From contig NC_043008.1 in assembly GCF_006345805.1 (NCBI RefSeq), positions 33,170,001-33,234,000 on the forward strand: 64,000 nucleotides of DNA, written 5' to 3'. The DNA comes from Octopus sinensis. Taxonomy: Eukaryota. The notes below the pieces were generated by a model. It was not told the origin of the DNA. It worked only from the letters and a program-made list of their open reading frames with translations, and searched no databases. The translations under genes were made by a program, and so were the position numbers. The number at the start of each line of letters is the position of its first letter. Position 1 is the stretch's first letter. Of the stretch, positions 27,208 to 39,699 are shown one piece after another.

Positions 27208-29805
27208 TGTAACGAAATGTGAGTGTGAATATCTTCTCTGGACCTTTTGGGGGTGCGAGAAGCAATCACTTTCCGTTGCTTTAATAATCCAGATCCTCTA
27301 CCAGTCAGAAACAACAAGACGCAGACGTAAATAATATATATCTACTTTATTCTCTTATGACAATAACAAATAAGTGGTATATCTGGGTATCCCTTTGGTA
27401 TAGATGTGTCAGAGCTGAACTATATCGCTGTAGAATCTACAGTGTTCAAATGCTAACGACACTGGTCAAAGATGGCGTCCGGAAAGAAGAAGATGATGTT
27501 GTCTGCAACAATTTGGTTAAAAGCCTTCGGCCGACTGCTATCATAAATGGACAGCGAGAAAATATACGTCCGTTGCCCTCGGTCGCTTTGTCTCAAGTCA
27601 ATGACTGCTGCTGGACGCTAGTGGTCAATGTCCTACGATCCCCCTGCCTCGGCTAACTGCCACGTAGGCAAAAGGGTCCTTCTTCCGGTGCTTCGCGCAT
27701 GCGCGAAACAGAAATGGACGGTGTGCGTGCGCGCACCGTTATATAGGATCACTACAGAGCTCCGCCCCAGTGCGAAGCAAGACACAAAATTCCCTGTAGT
27801 GACTATAAAACTCAAGGTGGATACCAGATAACCAAATAGCACACAATATAATAAAATGGCAAAATTTACATCATACACAAGAAATTTACCAAAAGGAAAA
27901 AACAGAAAAAAATACTCAAAATGAGCAAAAATCAAAAGTGCATGCGTGAAGGTGGATACGTCACAAAGAATAGAGCCTTCCGCTGACCAGCGGAAGGAAA
28001 GCAAACTCACAGTTAATGTACCTAGGCGAAATTAAAATCCAACTTCTCTAAAGGTGGTTGATCCTGCGAAATAGCAGTTAAATCAATTGCTGCAGGAGAG
28101 GAAATGGAATCGACAGATAGATCGCTAGTAACACAAAAGGCAAAAGTGCAAGCATGCTGGTGTGATGCGCGACACAGATAATTTTCTCTGTTAATTACGT
28201 GACCAACAGGAGTCTAACAGGGAAAAAATTACGCCTATACATGGCGCAGCGCATGTGAACATCCGACATTCTATGAGTCGGGAAAAGAATTAAGCTAACG
28301 CAAACGTGTTGCAAAAACAAGGCAATACACGTGCGAAGCAAAGGCGCATGAAATGCAATAGGGCTTGCCAGACCGAAAAACAGCAATGAATATGCCAGTG
28401 GTTGAGCGATTATATGCCTCGTTCGTACAGGAACAAAAGTATGACATGCTGGCGCGTTATAATGGACAAACAACTCTCTCTATGTATACGTGACCGACCT
28501 AGGGTCTACAGAAATGAGGTGTGTCCACAAAGGCAAATTAGCATGGAAAAACAAGCGAGAAAAGCATGTGTGACGTATGTATGTGAGAGAGATAGCATTT
28601 ATGTGTGTGTACGTGTGTGCGACAGAAATACATACAAGGTGAATGCGAGCAAAAATAAAAATACAGCGCATAGGAAAAATGTCTCTCAGGGCTATTTCAG
28701 ACAATGGAGTTAGTTTACCAGTCCGTAATAGCCTGATGCATAATAGCAGTTCGTTCTGTAACAGAATGTTGAGATCACAAATGCAGATGCCGGTTGAACA
28801 CATATCGTGTAGCGGTTGTAGCTTCGATGCTGTGACAGGTTAACTGGGTACAGAAGAAATCTCGCAGATAGACTGTGCTGTTAATTCCTTGGCGCGCTAT
28901 GCACGAACAGCGTGAAAGCTAAAGTTCCGCGAGTTGCTATGTACATCTTGGTCGACGGTGTTGAAAGGCGACGGTGGTGGTGGGAGGCGACTGTAGTGGA
29001 CTTGAGACATATTGTTCTTAGTGGTGATGGCGACGAAGATAACGACGACGTGAAGTTCTAAGACGACGATGATGATGACGAAGGCAGAGAAAAAGCATCG
29101 ATGATATGATGGCGTCCGTCATTATTGCTGAAAACAAATCGTCGAAAGAAGATGACTGCGTAGAGTTAATCGTGTTCCGACTTAGCAGAAAAACTGGATT
29201 TCTTTGTTGTTAAGTGATCTCTGGTTTTAGACCAGAATCACGTCGGGGTCACCAGTGTAACGTTAGTGTGTGTGTGAATATCTTCTCTGGACCTTTTGGG
29301 GGTGCGAGAAGCAATCACTTTCCGTTGCTTTAATAATCCAGATCCTCTACCAGTCAGAAACAACAAGACGCAGACGTAAATAATATATATCTACTTTATT
29401 CTCTTATGACAGTGACAAATAAGTGGTATATCTGGGTATCCCTTTGGTATAGATGTGTCAGAGCTGAACTATATCGCTGTAGAATCTACAGTGTTCAAAT
29501 GCTAACGACACTAGTCAAAGATGGCGTCCTGAAAGAAGAAGATGATGTTGTCTGCATCAATTTGGTTAAAAGCCTTCGGCCGACTGCTATCATAAGTGGA
29601 CAGCGAGAAAATATACGTCCGTTGCCCTCGGTCGCTTTGTCTCAAGTCAATGACTGCTGCTGGACGCTAGTGGTCAATGTCCTACGATCCCCCTGCCTCG
29701 GCTAACTGCCACGTAGGCAAAAGGGTCCTTCTTCCGGTGCTTCGCGCATGCGCGAAACAGAAATGGACGGTGCGCGTGCGCGCACCGTTATATAGGATCA
29801 CTACA
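27208..29805 (-). mobile_element. Non-autonomous LTR retroelement (2.6 kb; two ~550-bp LTRs, tRNA-Trp PBS, 4-bp TSD CCCC)
   Basis: Direct repeats 27208-27756 and 29256-29805, about 98% identical by eye, with TG...CA ends. CCCC on both flanks. AATCACGTCGGGGTCACCA at 29236-29254 equals the tRNA-Trp 3' end. Purine-rich GGGGCGGAG lies next to the other LTR on the minus strand. No long internal ORF. Confidence 0.92.
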
Positions 29806-30350
29806 CCCCGTTAAGGTTTTTTCATAATTAGAAATTACCTCTCGATCCTGAAGCTTCTATATTTATTCAGAGTCAGCTCATCTTGCCGATTCCCATCGTG
29901 CCTTCAATGCTTTGACACATAATCTTTGAGAGACTGGAATGCTTAGTCAATGTCAGACTCTCTCCAACATACCGCAATCAGGCTGTATTGCCCAAGCAAT
30001 TTGGAAGTCTTGGTCTTCATAAGTGTTTGGCCCTCTCTCTCCTCTGCTTCCTTTCCTCCAACCACGCCTTCTCCACCCTGGTGAGCAATATCCTCTCCTC
30101 TCCAACATTGACCAGTTCCAACAGGGAGTTGGATGAAGCTCTCCAACACTGGAAGGAATTCGGCTTGTCTGCTCCTGAGAAGGTGGAGGACTGTCGGAGT
30201 CAGAGAGCTTGGGACAACATAATTTTGAAGGACACCTTCGACTCCCTCTTTATTCTGTCAGACCAGTTTTCAAGGTGCCGCTTACTGTCTGCTAGCACCA
30301 AATACTCAGGTGACTGGATTGATGTCATCCCTGAAGTTAATGTTGGTAGC
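29806..30350 (+). mobile_element. CRE-clade retrotransposon remnant, 3' continuation
   Basis: The frame runs on across the LTR insertion (EAIEP|R*GFFIIRNYLSILKLLYLFR), followed by LPKQFGSLGL..LALSLLCFLSS and RCRLLSASTKYSGDWIDVIP. Confidence 0.75.
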
Positions 30351-30912
30351 TAATTGATATTAGATTTGTTGAAGGATGGTTGAAATATTTTGCAGTCAAC
30401 GCTAGAGAATGAAAATAAAAAAAAATACAGATAATCAAGAACAACATGTTGTTCTGAAAGAGATATGAAGGATTAGAATTAAGTATCTCACTGATGGTTC
30501 ATTTGGAACAACAGGAAAACAAGAATTTTAATGAAATATAGAGAACGATGATAAAAAATAAGAGACATGAAAAGATATTGGTCATTGCCGAATGAAGAAG
30601 ATGTATGTGTTTGTATCAGGAATCCTTTGAACCCATTATAAAAGTTTTATTTCATCTTTGTGGTAGTTCTAGATACTGAGTTTGATAAACATTGCAAAGG
30701 TGACCAAATTATTGAAAAGGAACTGATAAAAAAGTGTTTTATTTCCGCAGTACTGATATCTATACCGTAAGTAGTTGAATTCATCTTTGTAGACTGCGAG
30801 AAAACTGATAGAAAAAGAGAGAAAAAGTAAGAGAATATAGACAAGTAGAGAGGATGAGACCTGTTTAGTCCCTCGCATAAGGGACTACACAGATTTTACC
30901 AAATTTGGTTAA

Positions 30913-31200
30913 TCTATATATATAAAGATGAGAATGTCTGTTTGTCTGTGTGAATCCCTAAAATTCGAACACTACATAACCAATTTCATTCAAATTTTAC
31001 ACATGCCTTACTTGGGGTCCATGTAGTGTCATGAGCCCCAAAATTTTCAACTTCTGGCCTAATGCGAGCCCAGAGCAATCTCTTATCTCTTCCACTATTT
31101 CAATATTACGTGTCAAAAATGGAGCAATAATATCTCTCTATTGTAATGTCAGATACTTTCACTTTAATAGCTTCTCTATTAATACTGAAACTATTAAAGT
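30913..31200 (+). mobile_element. Helitron-like 5' terminal fragment
   Basis: A|TCTATATATATAAAGATGAGAATGTCTGTTTGTCTGTG is a typical non-autonomous Helitron 5' end. No 3' end was found. Confidence 0.55.
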
Positions 31201-31249
31201 GAAACTATTATCTCACATACATACAGGCATACATACGTACATACATGCG

Positions 31250-31281
<32 letters not shown>

Positions 31282-31878
31282 CATTCATATACACATACAT
31301 ACATACATATATGTAACAGTTTTATATTGATTAGTAAATAATTTGATGAAATATCGGAGTCACCAATTGTAACGGTATTGAATTTTAGTTGTAACGGGAG
31401 AAATTGATTGGTAAACAATGTTATGATTTGTCAGAGTCAGCTGGTATGACGATAAAAATTTGTTGTTATTATTGCATGTTGTAGGATGTGAAAGATGAAC
31501 AATGCATGAAGTTTTGAGGAAGTATTATTTATGTTACAAATACCTTGCCTCGACGGGCAGGTTTTGATACATCCAAAAGCATGCGAAGTAAAGTTTGAGT
31601 TTGGATTCTCTTCATTATCTAGTAGAAATTGCTGAGACAGATAGAATGATGTTGTAGAACAGAATTAGAGCCAGAGAGAATTGTAGGGTGTTGTCTCACA
31701 GTTGCTGACAGTAATTTACATTTCTCCCGCTGACCATTATATTTAGTAGAAGATAAATCCATCCATCATTTTTTAACTGGCCAAAAAATTTCTTCCATGC
31801 CTGTTTGACCAGTGGTGGATCAGATGAACGAGAATCCTTAGATTCAGTTTCGAATCTCAGCTTGGAAACAGGAAGTGT

Positions 31879-31951
<73 letters not shown>

Positions 31952-32316
31952 CAAAGTGAGATAGGGGTTGTGAGTGTAACCCTATATGGGATAACATATA
32001 TCCAATATACTGCCAGTAAAGCACCCAGAAGTGCTAATACATAAATGCTAACACACCTGGCTAATATGAGCATAATGAGATACTCTTATCTACATGGCTG
32101 AAACAGCTGTAAGATCTAGTTTATATTTATATATACGTATTGTACTTATGGTATCATGTTACTCATTGATGTGTACTGTTCTGTTCTGTATTATTGTGTT
32201 TGATCTGGATGTTCCTATGTAGTTGGTTAATAAATTATGTGAATGGATATTATCTGGTAGTTGATGATTGATTAAGTATATTCCTCCATCTTCTTATTTT
32301 GTATATATATATATAT

Positions 32317-32351
<35 letters not shown>

Positions 32352-33065
32352 CACGTGTGTGTGTGTGTGTGTGTGGTTCTCCGTCACTTTCGCCGATAAT
32401 GAATCTATCAGTTGATTTACTTCGTCAATGAATTAGCATATAAGTGGTTGAGCTTCCCCTAGACACGTGTACACATAACGTAATTCTTAGGTAGAATCGG
32501 CACATCACAATGTGACAATGTTTGGCGGAATTCTACTTAACGCATGGCATATAATCCTTCATAACTTATAAGCTTAAATCCCAGCAATAGATCATTAAAT
32601 ATGCTTATGGGGAGAAAGATATCGAAAAACATCAATACGTCAGACTGATAAACAAACGAGGAGAGTATGAGGTGGTCACGTACTAAAAATAACAGCTAAA
32701 TAGCCCTTAAATCACGCAGCCTTTTTTTTTTTGCCTAATCGTACGAATTCCCATGTGTAGAATACAAATTCGCAAGAATTTTCTGAAAATTCCAAACATT
32801 CAAAAAGTTACGAGGTGTTATATACCGTAAGTAAAGTAGATCCACCAATGTTTTACTTTTAAATTACAGGAATTGCAGTCTTCGTCCTCACAATTTCTAT
32901 CAAAACATGGATCAACACGTAACTATAGTAAAGTACTTATGCCAAAGCACGCATCGGGAACCAATCTTGGAAAATATGGTTACGCAGAGGACTTCTCTGT
33001 GTGTGTGTCTGTGTTTATGTACGTGCGTCTATCTTTTACTAGTGTATACGAGTATTAGCGAGACC

Positions 33066-33565
33066 GGATCTTTTCCTTTTGATAGACAGAATTCAACCCG
33101 ATTTCTAGTTAACTAAACAATTTGAAACTTCGTATACTGGTAGAATGTGTCAAAAGAAAACATTATTTTCACTTGGGTTTCCTGATAAATTTGTAAGTTT
33201 AACGTAGTTTAATTCTTCGAATTTTAACCAATGAATCGCCGGTATTTGAGCTCAAATCATTTGCTGCGTCTAAAAACTCAGACAACATCCTGTTACTGTT
33301 AACGTAAACAGCGCACACACACAAACGTGTTATTCATCCTTCTCTCTTCTGTCTGTCTCGCTCTTTAGTCATCCGCACACATAAATGTTATACCTACATG
33401 TGTGCGTGCGCACATGTTTATATATTTATACACGTAACTCTTTTCTCAAAAAAGCCAAGTGAAAATGATGTTTTCTTTTGACACATTCTACCAGTATACG
33501 AAGTTTCAAATTGTTTAGTTAACTAGAAATCGGGTTGAATTCTGTCTATCAAAAGGAAAAGATCC
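33066..33565. mobile_element. 500-bp MITE, GGATC-terminal ~111-bp TIRs, 8-bp TSD GCGAGACC
   Basis: Arms 33066-33176 and 33455-33565 differ at one position. GCGAGACC at 33058-65 and 33566-73. Confidence 0.92.
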
Positions 33566-33952
33566 GCGAGACCACTTTAAAAGCGGTGCTCCGCAAATGA
33601 AGTTCTGCGAAATAATAAAATGCATTTTAATTAAAAATTTTCAACAACACCCTTTTATTTACATATCATCATATTTTAATAAGAAGAAAAGAAGGGAAAA
33701 AAACATTAAAAATATAATAGATCATATTATCGAGAAAAAAAAAACTGCCGTAATTACCTCACCGAGGAAACAATGAAAAAGAAAAGGGCGGATTAAACCG
33801 TAGAAGATGGAGAGGAAGGCGAAGGGAATAAAGGTTGTACACCCAATACCAATTGTTCTCGGTTGAGTTACAATCTCGGCAAGACCTCGATGAGGGGCGG
33901 AAATCTTTCCACAATCTCTTACAATTCTCGGTGTCAAATCCACAACGTTTTG

Positions 33953-35275
33953 GGATCTTCTCGGTTTGAACGGCAGTTTTTGAAAATAATTTCTATGTAA
34001 CTAAAAAATTTTAAACTTTGTATACTGGTAGAATGTGTTTATAAAACATCTTTTTCTCTTGGCTTTCTTGAGAAAATTCTATAGTTTGTAAGATATTTGG
34101 TCTTTAATTTCTTGCAGTTCGGCAATTTCAACCAATCATTGACGTCTATTGAGGTGAAAACTATTTCTGCCGTAACATTTTATGGCGGCTTCATATGAAA
34201 ATGTCCCTGTTTTTTTGGCATAGTTTCGGTTGTAGTAGCACAGATTTCCGTCGATTTCCGTAAAAAACTTTTATTTTTTTACATAAGTAATGAGAGCGAA
34301 AGAGACTAAGAGGAAGCGATTTTATGACGAGAAGGTTTCTCTTTGAAGTCGGCCTGTGTGTGTTTGATGGGGTGTGGGAGACAGACAGTATGTTGTGTAA
34401 GTGAAGTGCTTCTGTTAGTGTGTGCGAAGAGACAGACATACATATACACATACACCGAGTAAAAAATTACGATGAATCGGCCATACATACATACATACAT
34501 ACACACACACACATACATAGATACATACACACACACATACATGCATACATACATATACACATACACCGAGTAAAAAATCAGTTATCTCTCTCTTTCACAC
34601 ATTACTCTCTCTGTCTCTTCGCACACACTAACAGAAGCACTTCACTTACACAACATACTGTCTGTCTCCCACACCCCATCAAACACACACAGGCCGACTT
34701 CAAAGAGAAACCTTCTCGTCATAAAATCGCTTCCTCTTAGTCTCTTTCGCTCTCATTACTTATGTAAAAAAATAAAAGTTTTTTACGGAAATCGACGGAA
34801 ATCTGAGCTACGACATGCGAAACTTCGCCGTTTTTTTTTTTGGTTTTTTTGAGAAAAAAGATACCCTGTGGCCATAAACTGAATGGTGGATAACAAAACC
34901 GTTCCCTCTTTGTGTCCACCCATAATTATGACCCTAGTATCGATCTATTGCATTTCAATGTGTTTTAGGGTTAGGGGATAGGGTATTTTTTTTTCTTCAG
35001 AAATGTAAATAAATCTAATCTGTTTCTTAAACGAGGGACATTTTCATATTTCACCGCCAGAAAATTTTATGGCAGATGTTTTCACCTCAATAGACGTCAT
35101 TGATTGGTTGAAATTACCAAAATTGAAGAAAATATCTTACAAACTACAGGATTTTCTCAAGAAAGCCAAGAGAAAAAGATGTTTTATAAACACATCCTAC
35201 CAGTATACGAAGTTTAAAAGTGTTTAGTTAAATAGAAATTATTTTAAAAAACTGCCGTTCAAACCGAAAAGATCC
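33953..35275. mobile_element. 1.3-kb foldback element of the same GGATC family, 8-bp TSD ACGTTTTG
   Basis: Outer arms ~33953-34209 / 35034-35275, plus inner perfect arms 34241-34436 / 34610-34805. ACGTTTTG at 33945-52 and 35276-83. Confidence 0.9.
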
Positions 35276-35374
35276 ACGTTTTGGCCTCAGAAATCTAAAA
35301 CCCAAAAACTGTGATGTAAAATAATTTTTTTTTTTTAATGTGTATTTACGTACATATACAAATGAGAGTGAGAG

Positions 35375-35412
<38 letters not shown>

Positions 35413-37331
35413 CAGTAAACAGAACGCGGTATATAATAAAATGTTTTCTATTTTAATGTAAAAACTGAATTAATAAGCATTCGTGTGTGTGTTATAAATG
35501 GTTGTTATGCTTCTGTTTTATCGAAGCAGATGTCGTTTGCTTCGAATACAACCACATATTGCCGGTAGTTACTCAAATCTCCCCTGTCCACACCCATAAA
35601 CAAACATTTTTATCAAATCATCAATGACACGTCGGTTGCTTGGTCTGGAGAACTCTAATTACAAGGGAGATCACTCGATGTAATATCTTTAATTTTAGAA
35701 GATAGTTACACATTTATAGCAACGACATGTCATTATGTTCCATGTGAGTACCCACGTTTTATTTATTATCCAGCCTCTTCTGATTTGTTTTATTTGTTTA
35801 TTCCGTAATTAGTGGAGGGAAAACAGAAACTAACAAATCACTCTTGATAGCGATTTTGATTATTCTAATCATCGTCCTGTATTTTATTTGAAATGCATTT
35901 TTATCGTTTAGATCTTCATGTATACAAATGACTTAGAAAATACGTTGGTTTAGTCTTTTGATAGAATGTACCCATCAATGGGTAGTGAACTCTTAATGTT
36001 ATGGATACAGTGGGGTGTTAGTGAAGTTATGGTCTTTCATGCATTTTCCAGTACCCTAAGTATAATACGGAATTGAAGTCCGGTGTTTCGGTATTATTTG
36101 ACGTATGTCCAAATTCCTTCGTTAGTCAAACTTTCCTTTCATCCTTGTGTCGATAAAATAAAAGTATCTGTAAAAATATCTAGAGTTTGTCTTGTAACTT
36201 ATGGTAATTACTTTTTATATCAAAACAGTCATTTCTTCGACTTTTATCCCCATGAGAAGAGTGACATGGTCAAGTGAATACAGTAATTAGTGTTATAAAT
36301 CGTAATAACGGGGTGATAATAGAAGACTAAATTGACCGGTCAACGCAGTTAATTAATACGGTAAATTTGCCGACTGAAAGATGCTTTACAGTAAAAAGCC
36401 TCGCCTTGCATATGAAGAAACGTCACTTAGAATTTAGTTGTCAAATCACTCTGAAACTTTTTCTCATCAACTGTGAAATTCCGTTTTCCACAGAAAACAG
36501 TTTTTGAAGTGACGCATTTATTTCAAGTATTTTGACAACTTCGTGTGGTCGTTATAAGTGAAGCAAATAAAATTAATTATTTTTAAAAACCACGCTAGCA
36601 CAATTGTCAAAAATTCCATGGAAATTTCTTCGAGTAATGTGATTATCAAGTATTTTACGTAGTTTACTCCTCTGTATGTATGATGGGTATAGGATCTCTT
36701 GTGTGTCTGGGAAATAAAGAAACTGTGAAACCAGCGATGTGCTGCATCGGCAAAAATTCTATTTATTTGTAAACGTTCCTTCTAAGTTCGAATGTTGTTT
36801 GAAGAATTCCCTATACATTGAATGCTTCTCCCAGCGTTACACGAATTTATGAAATTGTATGTGTGTGAGAAAGAGAGAAGGCATTAGTTCGGTTCGATCT
36901 CAAACCGGAGCCGAAACCTCAAGTCTTACGTGTTGTGTCTCTTTATAATTGAACTAATGTAACAAAGCAAAAACCATCCTCAGATCTTCTCTCCGTAAAG
37001 TACATTTCATTTTAATTCATTCATATACATATATATATATATCTTTTTCTTCTTCTACAGGATTTCTTGTGTCGTGGCCGGCAGCTGATTGCCAGCAACA
37101 TCTTTCTAAAGTGTGTTGTTGAAAGTGGAAAAGAAAACTGGATCTCTAATTGCATTTCAATACCTAATTAGTGACTGCTGTTATTATTTTCTACCAGCTG
37201 AATATTACAAACAAACACGCATACATATAAGAAAAATGGACTGGATTCTACTAGAAACGTAGTCGTTTACAAAGCAATACATAAATCCTACATATAAACA
37301 TACATAATCAGAGTATCTGCCTCTTTTAAGT

Positions 37332-37390
37332 ATGACAGAGGCTTACAACAGCCAAGTCTTGCCCTCTCGGGCCATATATCCGTCATCCAA
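37332..37390 (+). CDS. SLC30A5: SLC30A5 (ZnT5) first coding exon (MTEAYNSQVLPSRAIYPSS)
   Basis: ATG at 37332 and donor AA|gtaagt at 37391. The phase (2) joins exon 43719 in frame. Sequence similarity to the vertebrate N-terminus is weak. Confidence 0.7.
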
Positions 37391-38149
37391 GTAAGTGTTT
37401 AATTTAATTTTTATAATTTTGATGTATTTATTTATTAATATATTTACCCATATTAAGGTAGCAAGCTGGCAGAATTGTCAGCATCCCAAACAAAATGTTT
37501 AGCAATATCTGTCTTTACATTTTGAGTTCAAATTCTGCTGGGGTCAACTTTGCCTTTCATCCTTTCAGAGTTAGTTAAATAAGTACCAGTTGGGATCAGT
37601 GTAATCAACGTAGCCCCTCCCCCGAAATTGCTGGCCTTATGCCAAAATTTGAAATCAGTATATTTACTCACATTGTTCTTACTTTTCCAGTTATTCTGTA
37701 AAAATGTCATAAAGTAAAGGAAGTAGACCTTGCTTATGTTTTGAAGATGAGTATTCGAAATGTTCATTCAATAGAACTACATGGTCTTCAGACAACATCA
37801 GTGTAGGTAAAAGCTGGCCCATTAAATTACAAGTCCGGTCCTTATACTGGTATGCAATAATATTTCTGCACTTAATATATTTAATTGAATAGATAAACGG
37901 TTTTTATCTCATTCTGTATTTTCTGCTCATTAACATTGAATTATTTAATTTTGTTTTTAACTTTTGGTAAGTTGCATGAGTGTCAGAATGAGTGGAGCAA
38001 CAGCATTTAATTATGTCCTTTCATGTATCTGAGTTCAAATTGCACCCAGGTCAACTTTACCTTTCGTCATCTCAGTGTCAGTGAAGCAGGTACCGGTAAC
38101 ATGTTGAAATACATTTAATTGATTATGTTCCTCCACACAGATTTGTTGC

Positions 38150-39050
38150 ATTGTGTACATTGGATATAATAATAATATTTTTTTATCGTAAGCACAAAGT
38201 CTGAAATTTTTGAGGTGGGTTTGTGAATTACATCAACCCTAGTGCTTATTTCATCGACCTCAAAGGGATGAAAGGCAAAGTTAACTTTGGCAGCATTTGA
38301 ACTCAGAACATAAAGATGGACAAAATACTGCTAAGCATATTGTTCTTGCTAATGGTTCTCTCAGCCTGCTGCCCTTATAATAATAATAATAATGGTTTCA
38401 AATTTTTCCACAAGTGCGGCCATTTTGGGGGAGGGGATGAGTCAATTACATCGACCCCTGTGTTACACTGGAACTTAATTTATCGACCCCAAAAGGATGA
38501 AAGGCAAAGTAGACCTTAGTGGAATTTGAACTCGGAATGTATAGATGGACAAAATGCTGGTAAGCATTTTGCCCAGCGTCTTAACAATTCTGCCAGCTTG
38601 CTGCCTTAACAATAATAATAATAATAATCCTTTTTACTAAAGGCACAAGGCCAGAAATTTTGGAGGAGGGAACTAGTTGATTGCATCGACCCCCAATGTT
38701 TCACTGGTACTTAATTTATCAACCCCAAAAGAATGAAAGGCAAAATCGACCTTGGCAGAATTTGAACTCAGAACATGAAGACGGACGAAATGCGACTATG
38801 CATTTTGCCCGGCATGCTACCGATTCTGCCAGCTCACCACCTTATTAATAATAACAATGATTATAATGGTTTCATATTTTGCCACAAGGGCAGCTATTTT
38901 AGGGGAGGGGATAAGTCAATTACATTGACCCCATTGTTTCACTGGGACTTAATTTATTGACCCTGAAAGGATAAAAGGCAAAGTTGAACTCAGATTGGAG
39001 TGATGGGTGAAATACCACTAAGCATTTCATACTGCATGATAATAATAATA
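38150..39050 (-). repeat. Tandem array of about four family-A SINE copies
   Basis: Repeated unit ...atcgaccc..aaaggatgaaaggcaaag..gaatttgaactcagaac...gctgccttaacaataat. Confidence 0.75.
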
Positions 39051-39699
39051 GTAATTGTTATCAAGACAGTAGATCAGCAGAATTGTTAGAGTGTTGGACA
39101 AAAATATCTTGCAGTATTTCTTCTGGATCTTTACATAATGAGTTCAAATTGCCTTTTGCTCTTTTGAAGTTGATAAAATAAAGTATTAAGTATTGTGGTC
39201 AGTGATATCAACTAACTCTCTCCTTCAAATTTCAAATCTTGTGACAATGCTAAAAAATTATTATTATTAGGCATAGCCAAATATCAAAATGAACTGCGTA
39301 TTCTGTAGGTCTTTCAACCCAGAAACTATGGATACGTTCCAGAAATCTCTGACCTGGAAGTACAAGAGGACTGGTGGCAGGTGACCTTGTTGGTTCAGGA
39401 CAAACTCTACAGACGTGAGAGTGCCATGAGCTGGATCTGTCCATTCTGCATGCACTTGTTATGTGTTCAAACATTGCTGATTTGTTGAGGTATATTGTAT
39501 AGCTGTTGTGTTTAGGATGAATCAAGCTCAGAGCTGAGTGCATTTTCAAGATTGCCCTGCCACTTTCCTTTGGCCAGAGAGGTCTGGTAGAGTCCTCTGT
39601 TTTGTATCTATAACAAAAGAAATTACATGGTGGGCAAGCTCGAAAGAGCTGAAAACAGAAAATTTTCTCTTCAGCCAAGTCCCTCATCAGCTTCAAGTT

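Noticed and set aside
29236-29254. tRNA-Trp gene fragment
   Set aside because: Only the 3' 19 nt including CCA are present, adjacent to an LTR, which makes it a primer-binding site.
27357-29705. Duplicated 99-aa ORFs (27357-27656, 29406-29705) as a gene pair
   Set aside because: They are the two LTRs of one retroelement, read antisense.
27208-29805. Direct repeats as an assembly duplication
   Set aside because: The copies differ at several sites and have a TSD, PBS, PPT and TG...CA ends.
30360-31860. Peptide-like fragments (e.g. KKFFGQLKNDGWIYLLL)
   Set aside because: They are short, interrupted and not recognised, and most likely decayed TE sequence. BLASTX would be needed.
25441-37332. 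Shared bidirectional promoter for D2HGDH and SLC30A5
   Set aside because: The start codons are about 12 kb apart and separated by TEs, so each gene probably has its own promoter.
39250-39696. 148-aa minus-strand ORF
   Set aside because: No recognisable domain; it adjoins an RTE fragment inside ZnT5 intron 1 and is presumed TE-derived.
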